A DNA stretch of 64,000 bases from the human T2T-CHM13v2.0 reference genome, Homo sapiens: NCBI RefSeq assembly GCF_009914755.1, contig NC_060929.1, one strand, 5' to 3'. Numbering within the stretch: the first letter of the stretch is position 1; every line of letters starts with the position of its first letter. This document shows, in pieces, positions 1 through 14,919 of this stretch. The notes beneath the pieces were generated by a model that made no database searches, had not been told where the DNA came from, and worked only from the letters and a program-made list of their open reading frames with translations. Made by a program: the position numbers and the translations under genes.

Positions 1-2085
1 TGGGTTCAGACTTTTCAGAAAAAAAAATACATGTAAATTTTATGTTTGCCAACAGAGCTAACATACTAAAAGTATTCATGTCTATGAATAAAGTAAATTA
101 CTAAGTCTATATCATTAATAAAGACACATGAAACCTTTCACATTATGTCAAATTATTAGAATTAAGAAGCTTGAGAGAGGGAGAGCAAGCCAATAAAGCC
201 TGAATACGCTAAGTGATCATTAGAGCTGGGTGTGATAATTGAAATTTGCTTTGCAGTAATTTCATTAAAAATTCATAACTAGTCTAGCCTTTCTCTTTCT
301 CTGTCTGAGCTGGTGAGGAATTAAATGATGTTGGTGTAGAGGCTTAGGATGTGTACACGTTGTTGACAACAGCTGAAAACAGGAGGTGAATGACAGACAT
401 GAGGGAAAGGCAAAATATAGATCAGCAAAAAGGCTTTCTTGGGGTCCTGAGCTTTGGTCTTTTCTCTAAATATGTGTCTGTTTCTAAATTAAGTTTTCAC
501 ATTCTAGAGATTTTTTAAAAATTTCTAATCTCATGATGCCTTGTACGGTGTTTTGGCCAATATTGAATTCTTGGCAATTTTCCTGGACAGACAATGCTAC
601 AAACTATTTCATCTATTAGGATGACATTTTCCATCATCCATGAAATTATTTTTCTAAAAAATTACAGGTGGGATGAAAATCACTGGCATTAACGTTTTCT
701 CCTCCAAAAATCTCTCTGAGAAATGTATTACGTATAAACACTCATTGTAGACCACCTGATACGAAAGGTTCTGGGACACATTCTTCCAGAAAGGAGCCTG
801 ATTTTATCTCATGATCTTCACCAATTCATGAATTTGTTTTATGAAGTCTTGGATGTTGAGTCTAAGAAACCAGTTACAGTTTGAATGCTTCAAAGTCTCA
901 TGCACATTCCAGTGTGAAGAGGGGTCTGTCAAATTTTAAATGCATTTTGCTAAATGTATTATCCTTTACAAAATAAGTCCTTTGTGTTTCAAGGACAATT
1001 TGACCATGTGTTTTTAATCCATTTTAAGTTAGCTTGCTAAAATGTTTATTTGTAAGAGGTCTTAGAAGCCCAAAAATCCTTAAAACATTGATTTGCCGGG
1101 CATTTGAAGCTTTTATCTCAAGAAAAGACATCTTCATTTGCTAAGACAAAACAACTAGAGTCTCCCATGGCTAGTTTTCCATAAATCTTAAATTTCAAAA
1201 TGTTTTGATACATTCTAAAAAGTTAAATATTTATGGTTATTTTCATCTTAAAGCTTTAAAAGCTGGATTTCAGATTTTATAATCATTGAAGTATATAGAT
1301 ACAAATCTATTTCAATCATTTAAGGTATGTGTCCTAATGACACTGAGGTATTAAAGAAATAACCTCATAATTATGTATAATGGAAGAGAGAGTTGTACCC
1401 ATTTACAAATTCCTTAAATGAGATTTGAAATATTAAAGTCTTGCCTTTGACAGGTTTTTGGTATAAAATAGCAACTCATACCCAAGATAACTCTATTTAG
1501 CAAAGACAAAACAATAACTTGTTTGGCTTGGATTTTTATCAATTTGCTTTTGTTTTGATAATATATAGTGGCAGAATGAGTTTGTAGAGCAGTTGATATC
1601 TAAGGGACAAATGAAATTTAAAAATAAAGAATTATTAAATTTTGTCACAGATTTTGCATCTTAAATAAATATCAATATATCATTATACCATCTTAGAAAT
1701 TTTAAATAAGTTGGAGCCAAAAAAATCCAGTAATCATAAGCAAGACTTTCACAGGAATTCCTTACGTTATTTTTGGGGGCTTTTTTTTTGCCTCTAAAAA
1801 TTTGGGGGAAAGTGCAGAATCCTGTTGGAAAATCACCATTCTAAAGGACACCTTCAGGAGCATCATGTAATGAGCTGTAATTAAATCTAATTACTCTCTA
1901 TAGACCATAGATAATGTAATTTACAGGTCAAAACATGTTTTTAAAGGAGTCTGAAATGCACAGTCTGGACCTGGTCAACTCCCACGCAGTTGCCCTCTTG
2001 TTGTTTGAAAGGCCCCACCTTTGCTGAAGACGTAGGTACTTGAATTGCACTTTTTCCATCTATTATCCCTACTCAGCTTCACTGA

Positions 2086-2598
<513 letters not shown>

Positions 2599-2859
2599 TG
2601 AACTGATCAGCTTTTATAGCGTCCTTACACATTCTGTGTCTATGTCTCCTTCTGTCTCACTGGTGATATTTTCAAACATTCACATACTGTTCTCTAAGTA
2701 ACACAACTGAGGCCACCTGGCAAGAGAGAGCTGCCTGTTCCTGGTCCCTTCCCACCACTAATCTGCATCCACACATGCTCTTCCTCCTAGTCCATAGCTT
2801 CCTTCCACAGCTTTTCTGCTCGGATAATTCTTCTGTTAGAAAGCCTCCCATCTTCACAC

Positions 2860-3140
2860 CCCACTTTTGACCTGGGTAACCTCTATGTATCTGTCACTCA
2901 AGCCCCTTTCAGGAAGAGCTGTTCATGACCCTTGACTTGCGGGCTGCAGTGATGTGCTCCATTGAGTGCTTCGAAACAAAGCACTCATGCTTTCTGCTAA
3001 CATTATCGGTACACAGAGCTTTCTCTTTGCAAAGGGCATACCACTCCACTCACTAAAAGAGATCACAAACCCTTAGACAATGAGGATTACTTCTTTCTCA
3101 TCTGTGTGATCCTTCAGTGCCAAGCAAAGATGGTCCCGAT
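2860..3140 (+). mobile_element. probable degraded L2 LINE 3' fragment
   Basis: Loose resemblance to the L2 3' end (CCTTTCAGGAAG... CTCATCTGTGTGATCCTTCAGTGCCAAGCA). Highly diverged; boundaries approximate. Confidence 0.35.
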
Positions 3141-3351
3141 GTTAATTTAATTATGCATCCTGAGGACAGAAGCTTATGTTTCCGGAATGAGTGAAGCATG
3201 GCGTGGTCCTCTTGAGGTGGAGGAAAATTGGAACTTTTGTAGTGCTTCGTTCTTGATTCCCCTTCTTCCTCAAGCTTAAGCTCTTTGTCTAATTTTTCTT
3301 CACCATTCAGAGCAAAGACCACATTCTCCAAAGAGTGTCTGATAGTCTCAA

Positions 3352-3354
<3 letters not shown>

Positions 3355-3400
<46 letters not shown>
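3355..3400. repeat. (AC)23 microsatellite
   Basis: Uninterrupted AC dinucleotide run, followed by a short (TC)n. Confidence 0.98.
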
Positions 3401-3404
<4 letters not shown>

Positions 3405-4119
3405 TCTCTCTCTGTCTTTTACAAGAGCATCTAACTTGTCTTTCAGATTTATCTCACAATCAACTAAGGTGACTTCCTATATCGCTTTGCTCGGACATGA
3501 AACTTCCAGTGCTAAATTAGTCAAGTTTAAGGAAAACCAGGAGGACTGTGCACTCTCTAATTAACTAATTATTTTGTCTATAAAATTCTAAAATATTTAA
3601 CAGATTTTCTTTTCACTGAAGTTGCCACTGTTGGATACTGAATTAATGTCATAAATTTGAGTGATTATTTTAATCTAATGCTTATATCTTCTAAATAAAA
3701 CTGTGCCATTTGTGGCATTTAATGTTATTTTAATGTTTTATAATAGCCTCACAAATAGTTTTCAAAATATTTAATATGCACTGAGAAGACTGTATTTGGT
3801 TTTCCATGCCTTGATTCCATTTTGCTTGTATTTAGTGACTCCATGGCCACTTCAATATGGTGTTGCTTCTCCTGGTGAAGACAGCATGAGAATCTATTTG
3901 TTCTTACATAATCTATAGTTTATCAAGATGTGCTCAAAATGTGTTGGAGGTTAAATAAATAATTTCTGTAGAAGTAGTTTAATTTTGTGGAAAAGTTTCA
4001 TTGTAAGATCAGCCCAAATTTACCTTTCCTCAAGAAGGGAGGGAGAAAAAACTGCACAGGACAAGCTGTGGCCCCAGGCAGTGAAGGACAAGGGGCACAG
4101 GAGGCTGGGGATTTGTTCT

Positions 4120-4290
4120 GGAGACCTTGGGATCTGAGTTCCTTAATGTCTCTAAGTCTGTTTCCTCATGCAAAAATGTGAATAATAAGGTTTTTCCTAT
4201 GAACGGGAACTGTGCACATTCAGGTTAATGATCATGCAGGTTAATGATCTATCGGAACTCCTGCCCTATGAGAGAGGTGAGTGAATGGTG
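4120..4290 (+). mobile_element. MIR SINE fragment
   Basis: GACCTTGGG...CCTTAATGTCTCTAAGTCTGTTTCCTCATGCAAAAATGTGAATAATA matches the MIR core (CTCAGTTTCCTCATCTGTAAAATGGGGATAATA). Confidence 0.65.
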
Positions 4291-4835
4291 CTCCTTATTA
4301 AGTGTTCTCACCATCTGTCCTCTGATTTACTAGGACCTGGTGGGTGTAAAGGGCCTAGAAAAGGTTATTTTAATATCACAATTTAAAAAGTATACATTTG
4401 AATTGCTTTTGAGTTTTGGACACACTTAACTTGTAGCTCAAATCTTTAATTTTATATGCATTGAGAATACTATGACTATATTTTGCCAAGTTTATAAGAG
4501 TTATGAAGTCATTTTCAAATTGTTTATCTCTCTTTTAGTTTTTTATTCATGCTATCCATGCACATGAATTTTACAAAAAAAAAAACTGGTTTGGGTAATA
4601 CTTAGTTAACATCTTAAAACTCCAATAATTCTTCCTAAAGTAGTAAATACACAGTGTGCTTTATAAACAAGTTGAAAATTATTATGGTTCACTTTAGAAA
4701 TAGGAATTTACAGACTGGCTGGGTTCAAATATTGACATAATGTGATCCTTTGCCCTTATTACCTGATTGAATTGAAGCAGATCCCAGGAGCTTCATGTAA
4801 GAAGAAGCCACAAGCCTCAAAAGAAGGATTGAGGC

Positions 4836-5256
4836 ATTTGCTTTTGGGTTCTTGGTCACAACATCTTTGCCTAAGCCAATGTCTAGAAGGGTTTTTCTGA
4901 TGTTACCTTCTAGGATTTTTATGGTTTCAGGTCTTTGATTTAAGTCTTTGATCCATCTTGAGTTGGTTTTTCATAAGCTGAGAAATGAGGATCCAGTTTC
5001 ATTCTCCTACACGTGGCTTGCCAATTATCCCAGCACCATTTGTTGAATAGGGTGTCCTTTTCCCACTTTATTTATTTATTTTTTCCTGTGTTGAAGTTCA
5101 GTTGGCTGTTAGTATTCAGTTTTATTTTTGGGTTCTCTATTCTGCTCCATTGGTCTATGTACCTATTTGTATGCCAATTCCATACTGTTTTATTGACTAT
5201 AGACTTGTAAAATTGTTAGAAGTCTAGTAATGTGATGCCTCCAGATTTGTTCTTGT
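4836..5256 (-). mobile_element. L1 (L1PB/L1MA-like) ORF2 fragment
   Basis: Typical antisense L1 ORF2 sequence: CTTTGCCTAAGCCAATGTCTAGAAGGG, GGATCCAGTTTCATTCT, CCCAGCACCATTTGTTGAATAGGG, GTAATGTGATGCCTCCAGATTTGTTC. Confidence 0.9.
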
Positions 5257-5548
5257 CTTACTCCATGACTATTTTGCATGTGTGATTTAATTTTTACATA
5301 CATCTTTATAATTTAATTAAATTTATTTAGGTGATGAGATGAATATCTAGTTTATTTTAAAAATATATATTTTCCATATATCACTCAAGTGAAAGGGCCA
5401 TCATTGCTCGTTGAAAGTTAGAACTACTTCTATGTTAAGATTCATGCTCTGGTTAGCTAATACTAAATTGGGTTTTAGAAGTTTGTTATTCGTTGTTTAC
5501 CTCAGTCATCATTTAAAAACCAACATGTTAGTTTGTTTCCTTAGGATT

Positions 5549-6088
5549 TATGAAGGTTAATACTGAGTGTCAACTTGATTGGATTGAAGGGTGCAAAGTA
5601 TTGTTCCTGGGTGTGTCTGTGAGGGTGTTGCTAAGAAAATCAACATTTGAGTCAGTGGACTGGGGAGTCAGACCCACCCTCAATCTGGGTGGGTATCATT
5701 TGATCAGCTGCCAGGGTGGCTAGAATAAAGCAGGCAGAAGAAGGTGGAATGATCAGACTTGCTGAGTCTCCTGGCCTCCATCTTTCTCCCGTGCTAAGTA
5801 TTTCCTGCCCTCGAACATCAGACTCCAATTTCTTCTGCTTTTGGACTCTTGGACTTACACCAGGGGTTTGCCAGGGGCTCTCAGGCCTTCAGCCACAGAC
5901 TGAACGCTGCACTATCAGCTTGTCTACTTTTGAGGTTTTGGGTCTTGGAATGGCTTCTTTCTTCCTCACCTTGCAGACGGCCTATGTGGCACTTCACCTT
6001 GTGATCGTGTGAGTTAATTCTCCTTAATAAACTCCCTTCCACATATATCCTATTAGTTCTGTCACTCTAGAGAACCATGACTAACACA
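5549..6088 (+). mobile_element. ERVL solo LTR, MLT2A family (probably MLT2A2)
   Basis: Begins TATGAAGGTTAATACTGAGTGTCAACTTGATTGGATTGAAGG and ends CTAGAGAACCATGACTAACACA. AATAAA near 6026. Perfect 5-bp TSD GGATT at 5544-5548 and 6089-6093. Length 540 bp. Confidence 0.92.
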
Positions 6089-8194
6089 GGATTCCAATGT
6101 ATTTATCATCAAATCACTCCTCAATTAAAATCCGTGAGTTATGACTTGGATCCAGAACACTGCTCCCACTGATCCTCCTAAGCCTGTTCCCTGTCATCCA
6201 GAAACATGCAGTAACATGTGGTCACTCAACAAAATGGACCTTCTCAGCATAGCAGTCCCATCAATAAGGTAATGGCATGAATCAATGGGAAAGACTTGGA
6301 AGAACTCTTAATTAAAGAAGCAACTGTTGATAAAAATTTCATTTCCAATGTATTGCCAGAACACCAGACATGCTGGTGGAGAGGGTGAGCAGTTCCCCAA
6401 ATCCCAACCCCTTCATCAGGAACTGTGTTTCTCCAACTGCCTCCTGTTTCTTCTCAAACAGATACGGAGTCTTTCAGTGATCAGGTGAGCTCAAAACGCC
6501 TTACTGCAACTGCAGCACCTTCCATAAACTTAGAATCATTTTCCCCATTTCTTACCTATTAAAGTGTTAGTCAAAGACTAAAATTCTCCCTTCTTTTTTA
6601 CACTATAATGTTCTTCTGACCTTTCTAATCTATCAAAATAACCAGATAATAAATTAGATCTACAATAAAATTCAAAAACAGTAACATTATTTTTCTTGTC
6701 ATTATATGATAATGTTTTTACTTCATGAGCCAAACAAATATTGCATTAAGAAGACACTTTATCAACCTTTGCTCTTCATGCAAGAGCCTGCTTCAAGCTG
6801 CATCCACAAATATCAAGGGAGAGTAATTCACCTATCTTACAGAAAAGAATATTTATAATTTGTCAGGATAAAAAATCTTGAGAAGGGATGAATGGTTTGA
6901 CAGAAGGTGAGGGGGAGGGACTGGACACATGGAAGGGCAGATGGAAGAAGGGAAGAGGTGATGGATCCCGAAAGCCCTCTCTCTTCCTTGGCAGGACTTC
7001 TCAAGCATCAGGAGTCAATAGCCGGATTCCCCCAGTGGCTGACTCTCAGACACAGTTTAAAGAGACATCAATCTGTGATGTCCGCAGTGTTCAGCAGAGA
7101 GGTAATGGACTTTCAAAGATCAATATTCAAATGTGCTTGCTGTCATGTGTGAACCCCTTATCCTCTCCAGCAACTTGTCCTGGCCAGGAGGAGCCTCTAA
7201 TGTTAACTAGCCCATTTTTAACCACCACTCAGAGATGCTCAGATGCTAAGGTGCTAGGAGTATTTCTCTTTTCCTTGGTTCTTTTATTGCGGAGAAAGAT
7301 GCTCTGTCCTAGGACACTCAAGGGGACTCCACAGTGCAGTTCGGCCGGTCACCCTGACATCTTTCTTATTTCCATGTCAGGTTTTAATGAAGTCACAAAC
7401 ATCCCCATCCCAGTGCCCCTGTCACCTGAAGCTGCACAGGCATGGGGGCCAGGTGACCAGGTCTGAAAGTAGGCTTTCCATACCCATATGAAAGAGAAAA
7501 CCTGCCACTGTGATTGTCACTAGTATTCATAGGATATGGACAGAGGAATTAGAAACCCTCCAACAAAAGCAAGGAATCAGAAAAAACTTTTTAGAGTAGT
7601 CTGAAACAAAGTCAGAGTCACTTAGAAGATGTCACTGAGAATATGGTCCTGATAATTAATTAAATCTTATTGACTTCACAGGAGAGACGAGCAGTAGACA
7701 TTTAGGATTAATTTGAGCAATGTTAGTCTGATACCAAATGTGTGTGGTTAAGTACTTTATCACTTGTTCCTCCACCATGCCTAAGTGGCCTTTAAGGTAA
7801 AAATATTACAAATGAGTGGTCTATTACCAGGCCCACCGGTAAGGACAGAATGAGTATGAGAGCTTTCATTAAAGTCATATTTTACCCTCTCTTCTTCCTT
7901 GAGAAGTTATGAGAAAATGATTCTGAGGTTAAGAGGAGTCTAGCAATCTTTTATATATTTTGCTGTTAATTCAAAGATTGGCTAATAAAGCTTATTTTAT
8001 TATTTTATAACAAACTGGGAGAGCCAGTGAGGATTTTGACCATGTCTTCCTCACTCTGCATTATGTTATTGGCTTACCTTGCAAATGAGACATGGAGTGT
8101 AAACAATGGCTGATTGCTACTTGCAAATCCATGCATACCCCAGGGCACCTCCCCATGTAGGCTTAGGCTTGGAGTGTAGGTTCCATTTGTGTGA

Positions 8195-8829
<635 letters not shown>

Positions 8830-10084
8830 AACATCCACTTTTTATACGCATATCTAGCATGCATCATATACTAAGGAATCTCCTACACTCTGTGGGGCTC
8901 TGCTTCTCTGGAGATTCAGATCAAAGTCACATAGGAAGCTTAGCTGCTCCCAATGCAACGAAGATGAACATGCTGTTATAACCTGTTAAACGATATGAAA
9001 ATGTGTGAAAATTCTGAGTCACAATCTAAAGTCATTGCCAGCAGACTTCCCCTTATGCATGCTCCAATGCCCTCTTATCTGAAGTGTATCAGTGGGAGGG
9101 ATTGGTTAGATGTTTGAAAATGAGGGTTTGAGATGGTTTGGTCAACTCGAGTCTCCTGATCAGACCATTGCTTTCCATTATGGAAAATCACACTCTCTCC
9201 AAAATGACATTTGAATACACTAGTAACAAAATTCTAATGTGAATATATAAATTTTGATCTGTTAGTCTCAGAAGTGAGGCAGGATGACGAGTTTAATGAA
9301 TATGTTATGTCTCCATGATAGTTCCCTATGCAATATTACGCCAATAAATCGTGAAGCTTGAAGGTCACAACATCTCAAAGCTCCCTGTGCAGTTACAGCA
9401 CCTCTTTCCCCTTAACCTAGCCCATAACAAAGGTAGAAGCTAATGAAATACTCTGACTTAGTGGGGACATTCTCAGGACGGACTGGTGCCGAGTGCAGGT
9501 GCACCTGAGCAGTTGCTTCTGTTTCTTCCTTACTAGCACTGGAGCCTCCAAGGAGCTGGTATCTGGTCATCAGACCCACGGGCAGCACCCTGACTGCCCA
9601 GGGAAGGGGTGGCAAAGAGCAGGTGGTATTTGGGTCTCAATAGTTTAAAAGAACAATAGCTCCCTATTAACACCTGAACTTTATGCCTGGGTTTCAGGAC
9701 TAGAAATGACACTTCATGGATAAACATTGTCAGCTAGAGGAGGCAGCTTTTGATACATTAGGCTTATTTCCATGGCTTTCAACATTCAGTATTTGTATGC
9801 ACTGCAAAAGAGGGAAAATTAGTGGAAGAAATAAATGCTCATTGATCCTTAAAACAAATAACCGCCGAGGGTTTCAGTACTTGTAGAAGGAACTGGGCTC
9901 TACTGTTACTGAGAGATTCAGGGAGAGTGATGTGAACAGAGATAGGTGTGTGTTTTTCTCAAACCCACAACCATTGGGAGGCAGCTTGTCTGCTGGTGTG
10001 TGGATCAAACAGCCAAACTCCCTCAACTCAGAGTGTTTCCAGAGTTGAAAGCAACTAACGCTCCCAACAGTGAAACCCGAGTCC

Positions 10085-10210
10085 TATTTTCATTTCCAGT
10101 TGTACCAGGGAAATGGAATGTGGATTTAGGCAAATCATCTTATTTCTCAGGGTCCAAGAACCCCACCATTTAAAATGTGAATGATGGTAATAATCGCTGT
10201 CAGCATGTTC
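10085..10210 (+). mobile_element. MIR SINE fragment
   Basis: GTGGATTTAGGCAAATCATCTTATTTCTC...CCATTTAAAATGTGAATGATGGTAATA resembles the MIR core. Confidence 0.5.
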
Positions 10211-11284
10211 CATAAAGAAAATCTATTTTCTCTTATATTACAACAGTATTAATAGCTATAATTTGAGTGTGTGTGTGTCTGGTTGTGTGTGAGTAAATAC
10301 ATCCACAGCATGTTGAGCTCCTCATAAGAAACATATCATTTAAATGCAAATTGCTACTGCTGTTTTGCAAATAATTTGAGAATGAATAATGGTGGTCACA
10401 GGAAAAATATGTATCTCCCTTATGCATTTTGTAACTTGCAATAATTAAGATGTGCATATAGTTTGTGTTTACATTGGATGATATTTTTCTCATGATTTCT
10501 CTTATTAAATATCTACTACAATTTGGAATGGGTTAATTGGATAATAATTTATTTCAGACCACTTGAGTCACATAAGTGCTGCTAAGGAGACTGGCTGCAG
10601 GTTCTAGACAAGAATGGGTTTGTGGAGTGAGGCAGCAGTGGGGTGTGTGGAGAGCTGGGGTTGCATGCGACTTGCGATTTCTCTCATAGATGGGGCGGGG
10701 GCAGGGATCAATCCCGTTAGTGATTACTTTTGCTGGAAGGAATAATGAGTGTGTTTTCCAAAACCTGGCCCTGATGTTATCCTGCTTGGAATGAGTTGTC
10801 TATGGTTTTGTCGTCAGTGAGAAGGACATTCAAGTTTGGGGGTTTGTGATTTGTCTACACTATTGCACCGCAGGAAACCTTACTAGGATTATAGCTGCCA
10901 CAGTCCCACCATCAATCAATCAATCAACACACAAATAAATACATGCAAGAGTGACTCAGCATCAGATTTATTTATTTAAATCCATATAACTAGCTTGACT
11001 GCTCATTCATGGAAGAAATAAATAAATTGAACTCAAGTTAAATGGCTGTATTGACAGGATGACTTCACCCGTATGACCATCCATCTGAAAACCTATTTAG
11101 GGTGTGATGGAACTGGTTCATGATAGTCACAGCTTTTTGTTTTATAAACAGTTTGATGCACATTGATTGGTGTACTCTGCTTTCAGAGGTAGGCCATGGT
11201 GCAGCCACAGAGCGAAGGCCCTCCTGGTTTTCTGTGCAATAGTACGTATTTTGTACCTTCATCCTTCTGTCCATAAGAAGGTGA

Positions 11285-11675
<391 letters not shown>

Positions 11676-14105
11676 CAGAGGAGTATTCTTTAAGTGTCAC
11701 ATGCATCCCTCAGAGACACAGACACGCCCTCAGGACACCCCCACCCAGCCTCTCTAGTACCCAGTTACTAGAGGTGGTCTCACTTGCATCCACTGCCCTG
11801 GGTGAAGCACTAATATGCAGCCCCAGCCTGAGAACCACCTCTCTTGGTGGCTGCCAGCCCAACGTCCTCCTTCGACCCAGCTCTGTGCCGAAGGTGTGGT
11901 CACACGCTGTGGACAGCAAATGAAAGCACTGCCTGGCATGAGTGCAATGGTCTGGGCCTTCACTTTTGAATTCTTTCTTTGTAACTCCTGGTGGGGGAGA
12001 CTGAAGATTGTCACCCCAATTTCAGGTGCAGAAGCCGACACTGAGGTTACAAGACGTGGTCAAGCTCCCTGAAGACAGGCTGCACCAGGCACTGGCTCCC
12101 ACCACAGTTGTTTTAAAGGGCCTGTGCATTCAGTAGGTTTATCATTGTTTTAAAGAAATCTGCAAAAACACTACATCATATTTTTACAGTACGTTAACTC
12201 AGATAAAGCATACACTTGCACATAAACATGCCTACCACACACACATATACACAAAATCTCCCCAGTAAAATAGTAAATTGGTTAGGAGTCCTCTTTTGCT
12301 GTATTTTGCCTCAGTTTCAATTCATAAAAATAAATTATGAGAATATTTGTGCCTATTGATGTTTAAAAATGTATTTCTATGCTTTGAATGTTTTCTAAGC
12401 CACTGAAAAGAGAGTTTGTGTGCCTTGAATGCTTTTATTATGTAAATACATGGTGGAGTCACATGCTATGAATGAGATCAATGAAGATATTTTTAATACC
12501 AGTGAATTATCTGCCTATTGGCGAGGAGGGGGTGCAGTGAGAGACATTTCCAGAAAAAATGTCACTCCTGCCCCACTATGAAGAAAGCTGGTCCTTATTA
12601 AAGAAAGTGAGTGGGGCTGGGCTGTGGGATACTGGGCAGCACAGAATTTGGGTGTCCTGGATGCGATGAGAAGTGCAACCTGAGGACAGGGAGGTGTACA
12701 AGTCACTGGGCCTCAAGGACTCACTCCTCAGAGTGCAGCCAGGCATTCCAGGGCCACAAGCCTTTCACAGAGTTAGACACACCCCTTCCTCACAGTGTCT
12801 GAGGAAGCACACAGGTAGGGTTAGGGCTGTGCAGCCAGGCACAGCCAGGTGGTCAGAGTTTTATTTTGTTTCAAATCTTCTAAAAGAACTCTGCTCTTCT
12901 TTGCCACCTTTGGGACGTTTATGTGGGCTCTGCCTGAAAGCAAAGTAGTGCACCCCCAGGGCTCCAAGGGTAGAAGAGAAGAGGATTCTGTATTTCAGTC
13001 TCTGCTGCTTGACCCCTGGTACATCTTTGCCAGATGCCTACTATGGGCTTCTCTGTCAGGGTGCAGGCGACAGCGGAGAGGACGGGAGCAGAGCCAGGAA
13101 ACCGCGGTGCTCCAGTAGGAACTGGATGTTCAGTCTGCTGTTCCTTTCCTTTCATTCTGTCCACCAAGTCAGCAACACCAGGAGGAGAATCTTCTACTCC
13201 GAGATAATCTGTTTCTTCTTCCAGGAAATCCCCACAGAGGATGGGGAGGTGTCCAGCCAACGCCACAGGCAGTGTCTGTGCTTCAGGAGGGAGAGTGGCT
13301 TCATGGCTATGCCCTGCCCACTGTCACAGCTGGGCCAGCTGCATCTGCAAGATTATTAAACAAGCGACTGAAGAAATCAAGGGGAAGATGGCGAAAGGCC
13401 TCCACCACATCTGTTGGGAAAAAGCGGAACGCGTGGCGACTTGACTTTATTTAGCATTTCATGAGATATTTTCTGTGTATTGTCTTCATGAGTAGCCATT
13501 CAGCATTTTTCACCAGTGAAAATCCATTTATGTTTTTTGAATGATTATAACATGACCAGTGAAGGCTGAAGCTATTTAACACTATTGGCAAAACCTACTC
13601 ACCCTTGAAAAGACTATGAATATAAAGATTTAAAGAACATTTTTGCTCCTTTGAATAAACTCTCTAGAGAGAGAGAGAAAAAAAAAAGATCTCCAAATAT
13701 GTCCCACATCTTCTTATCACAAACTAGTAACATTTTGCCAACTCAAACATCAAACCCAGACTTGCTTCTTTCACAAAAGCCACTAGAACTTCCTCAGGAA
13801 ATAGTTCTCATAGAAGACTCATTGTGCAATGAGCTATGGAAAACTCCTCAGTCTTGCAAGCAGAAAGAGTCCTTTGGTTTTGTGGGGACAAGGATGAGGC
13901 TGATTGCAGGACAAAAGCAAAAGAGAGAAAGAAGCAAGGTAGTAACTGCTCACCTGCAGCCCTCAGCCTGCCTGGGCACCTTCCCTCCAGAGTTCATGAA
14001 CTCCACCAGCTGCAGGCAAGGATCAGGCTGACCCTGGATGTATGTGCCCAGCAATGGCTTTTCCACTTATAAAACTCCAGCCAGGTCATGAGTGCCGCCT
14101 CACCT

Positions 14106-14175
14106 AGAAAACGACAGAAATCCACTGCACACATGGTTCCAGAAAACAACAGAAATCCACTGCACACACGGTCCC
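14106..14175. repeat. 35-bp tandem duplication (2 copies)
   Basis: AGAAAACGACAGAAATCCACTGCACACATGGTTCC (14106-14140) and AGAAAACAACAGAAATCCACTGCACACACGGTCCC (14141-14175), 3 mismatches. Confidence 0.92.
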
Positions 14176-14919
14176 AGAAGTGTGGGTTGAGGGTGGGTTT
14201 GTAATGAGCTCTTTGTTTCCTGTGGGTCACCCTGCCAGGCCCGGTCAGGATGGGGTCTTTCACCTTCAGCTCAACCTTGGACCTTCATCCGGCTCCTTGG
14301 TGTCCCCTTCCCCAGGGAAGTGCCTGGCTGACCACGTGCCCTCGGATGAGGCCCACAGGTTTGTTATGGACCCATTCTATTCTAACCACATCAGCAGCAA
14401 CCGAGCCTTAGCAATCTCATTTCCAATTTGGGATGACAGAGAGATCTAAGTTCTTGAGCAGCATGGAATCAGCCAGGGACACTGACCTACACACGTTTAT
14501 CAGCACACTGTGTGCAGAGGGGGTGTGGACCCAGCAACATGCTTTGTCACTCACCTGTCAGGAGGAAACAGCACCTGATGCTCTCTTGGATAGCTTCCTG
14601 CGATAAAACGATCTGACATCCCTTCCACAAAGCTGCCACGCTGTCATGGGCCTCCACATAGAAAAGGCTGCTGATACACTTCAGATTGTCCGAAGTCAAT
14701 GGTTTTTAAAGTGATGTTAGAAATAAGCCTTCAGCGCAGATTCCTGGGGAGCCGTGTTTCCGTGTCCCCGACCTCCATCAGGACCAGAGCATCTGCCTCT
14801 GACACACAGGGTGTCATCAAGCATCTGGTATATCATACTGATAAAATACCAGGGATGAAACTCTGGGCAAGGTCTGGGTGGAATTTTTTTATTTTTTATT
14901 TTAAGACAGCCAGACGATT

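Noticed and set aside
2963-2987. 9-bp hairpin TGAGTGCTT-N7-AAGCACTCA
   Set aside because: Too short for a pre-miRNA, and plausible by chance in 64 kb.
6888-7466. 192-aa ATG-initiated ORF (and the 199-aa ORF at 39102-39701)
   Set aside because: No recognisable domain or homology. A few ORFs of this length can occur by chance in 64 kb, and the second starts at a non-ATG codon. PhyloCSF or Ribo-seq evidence would be needed to revive them.
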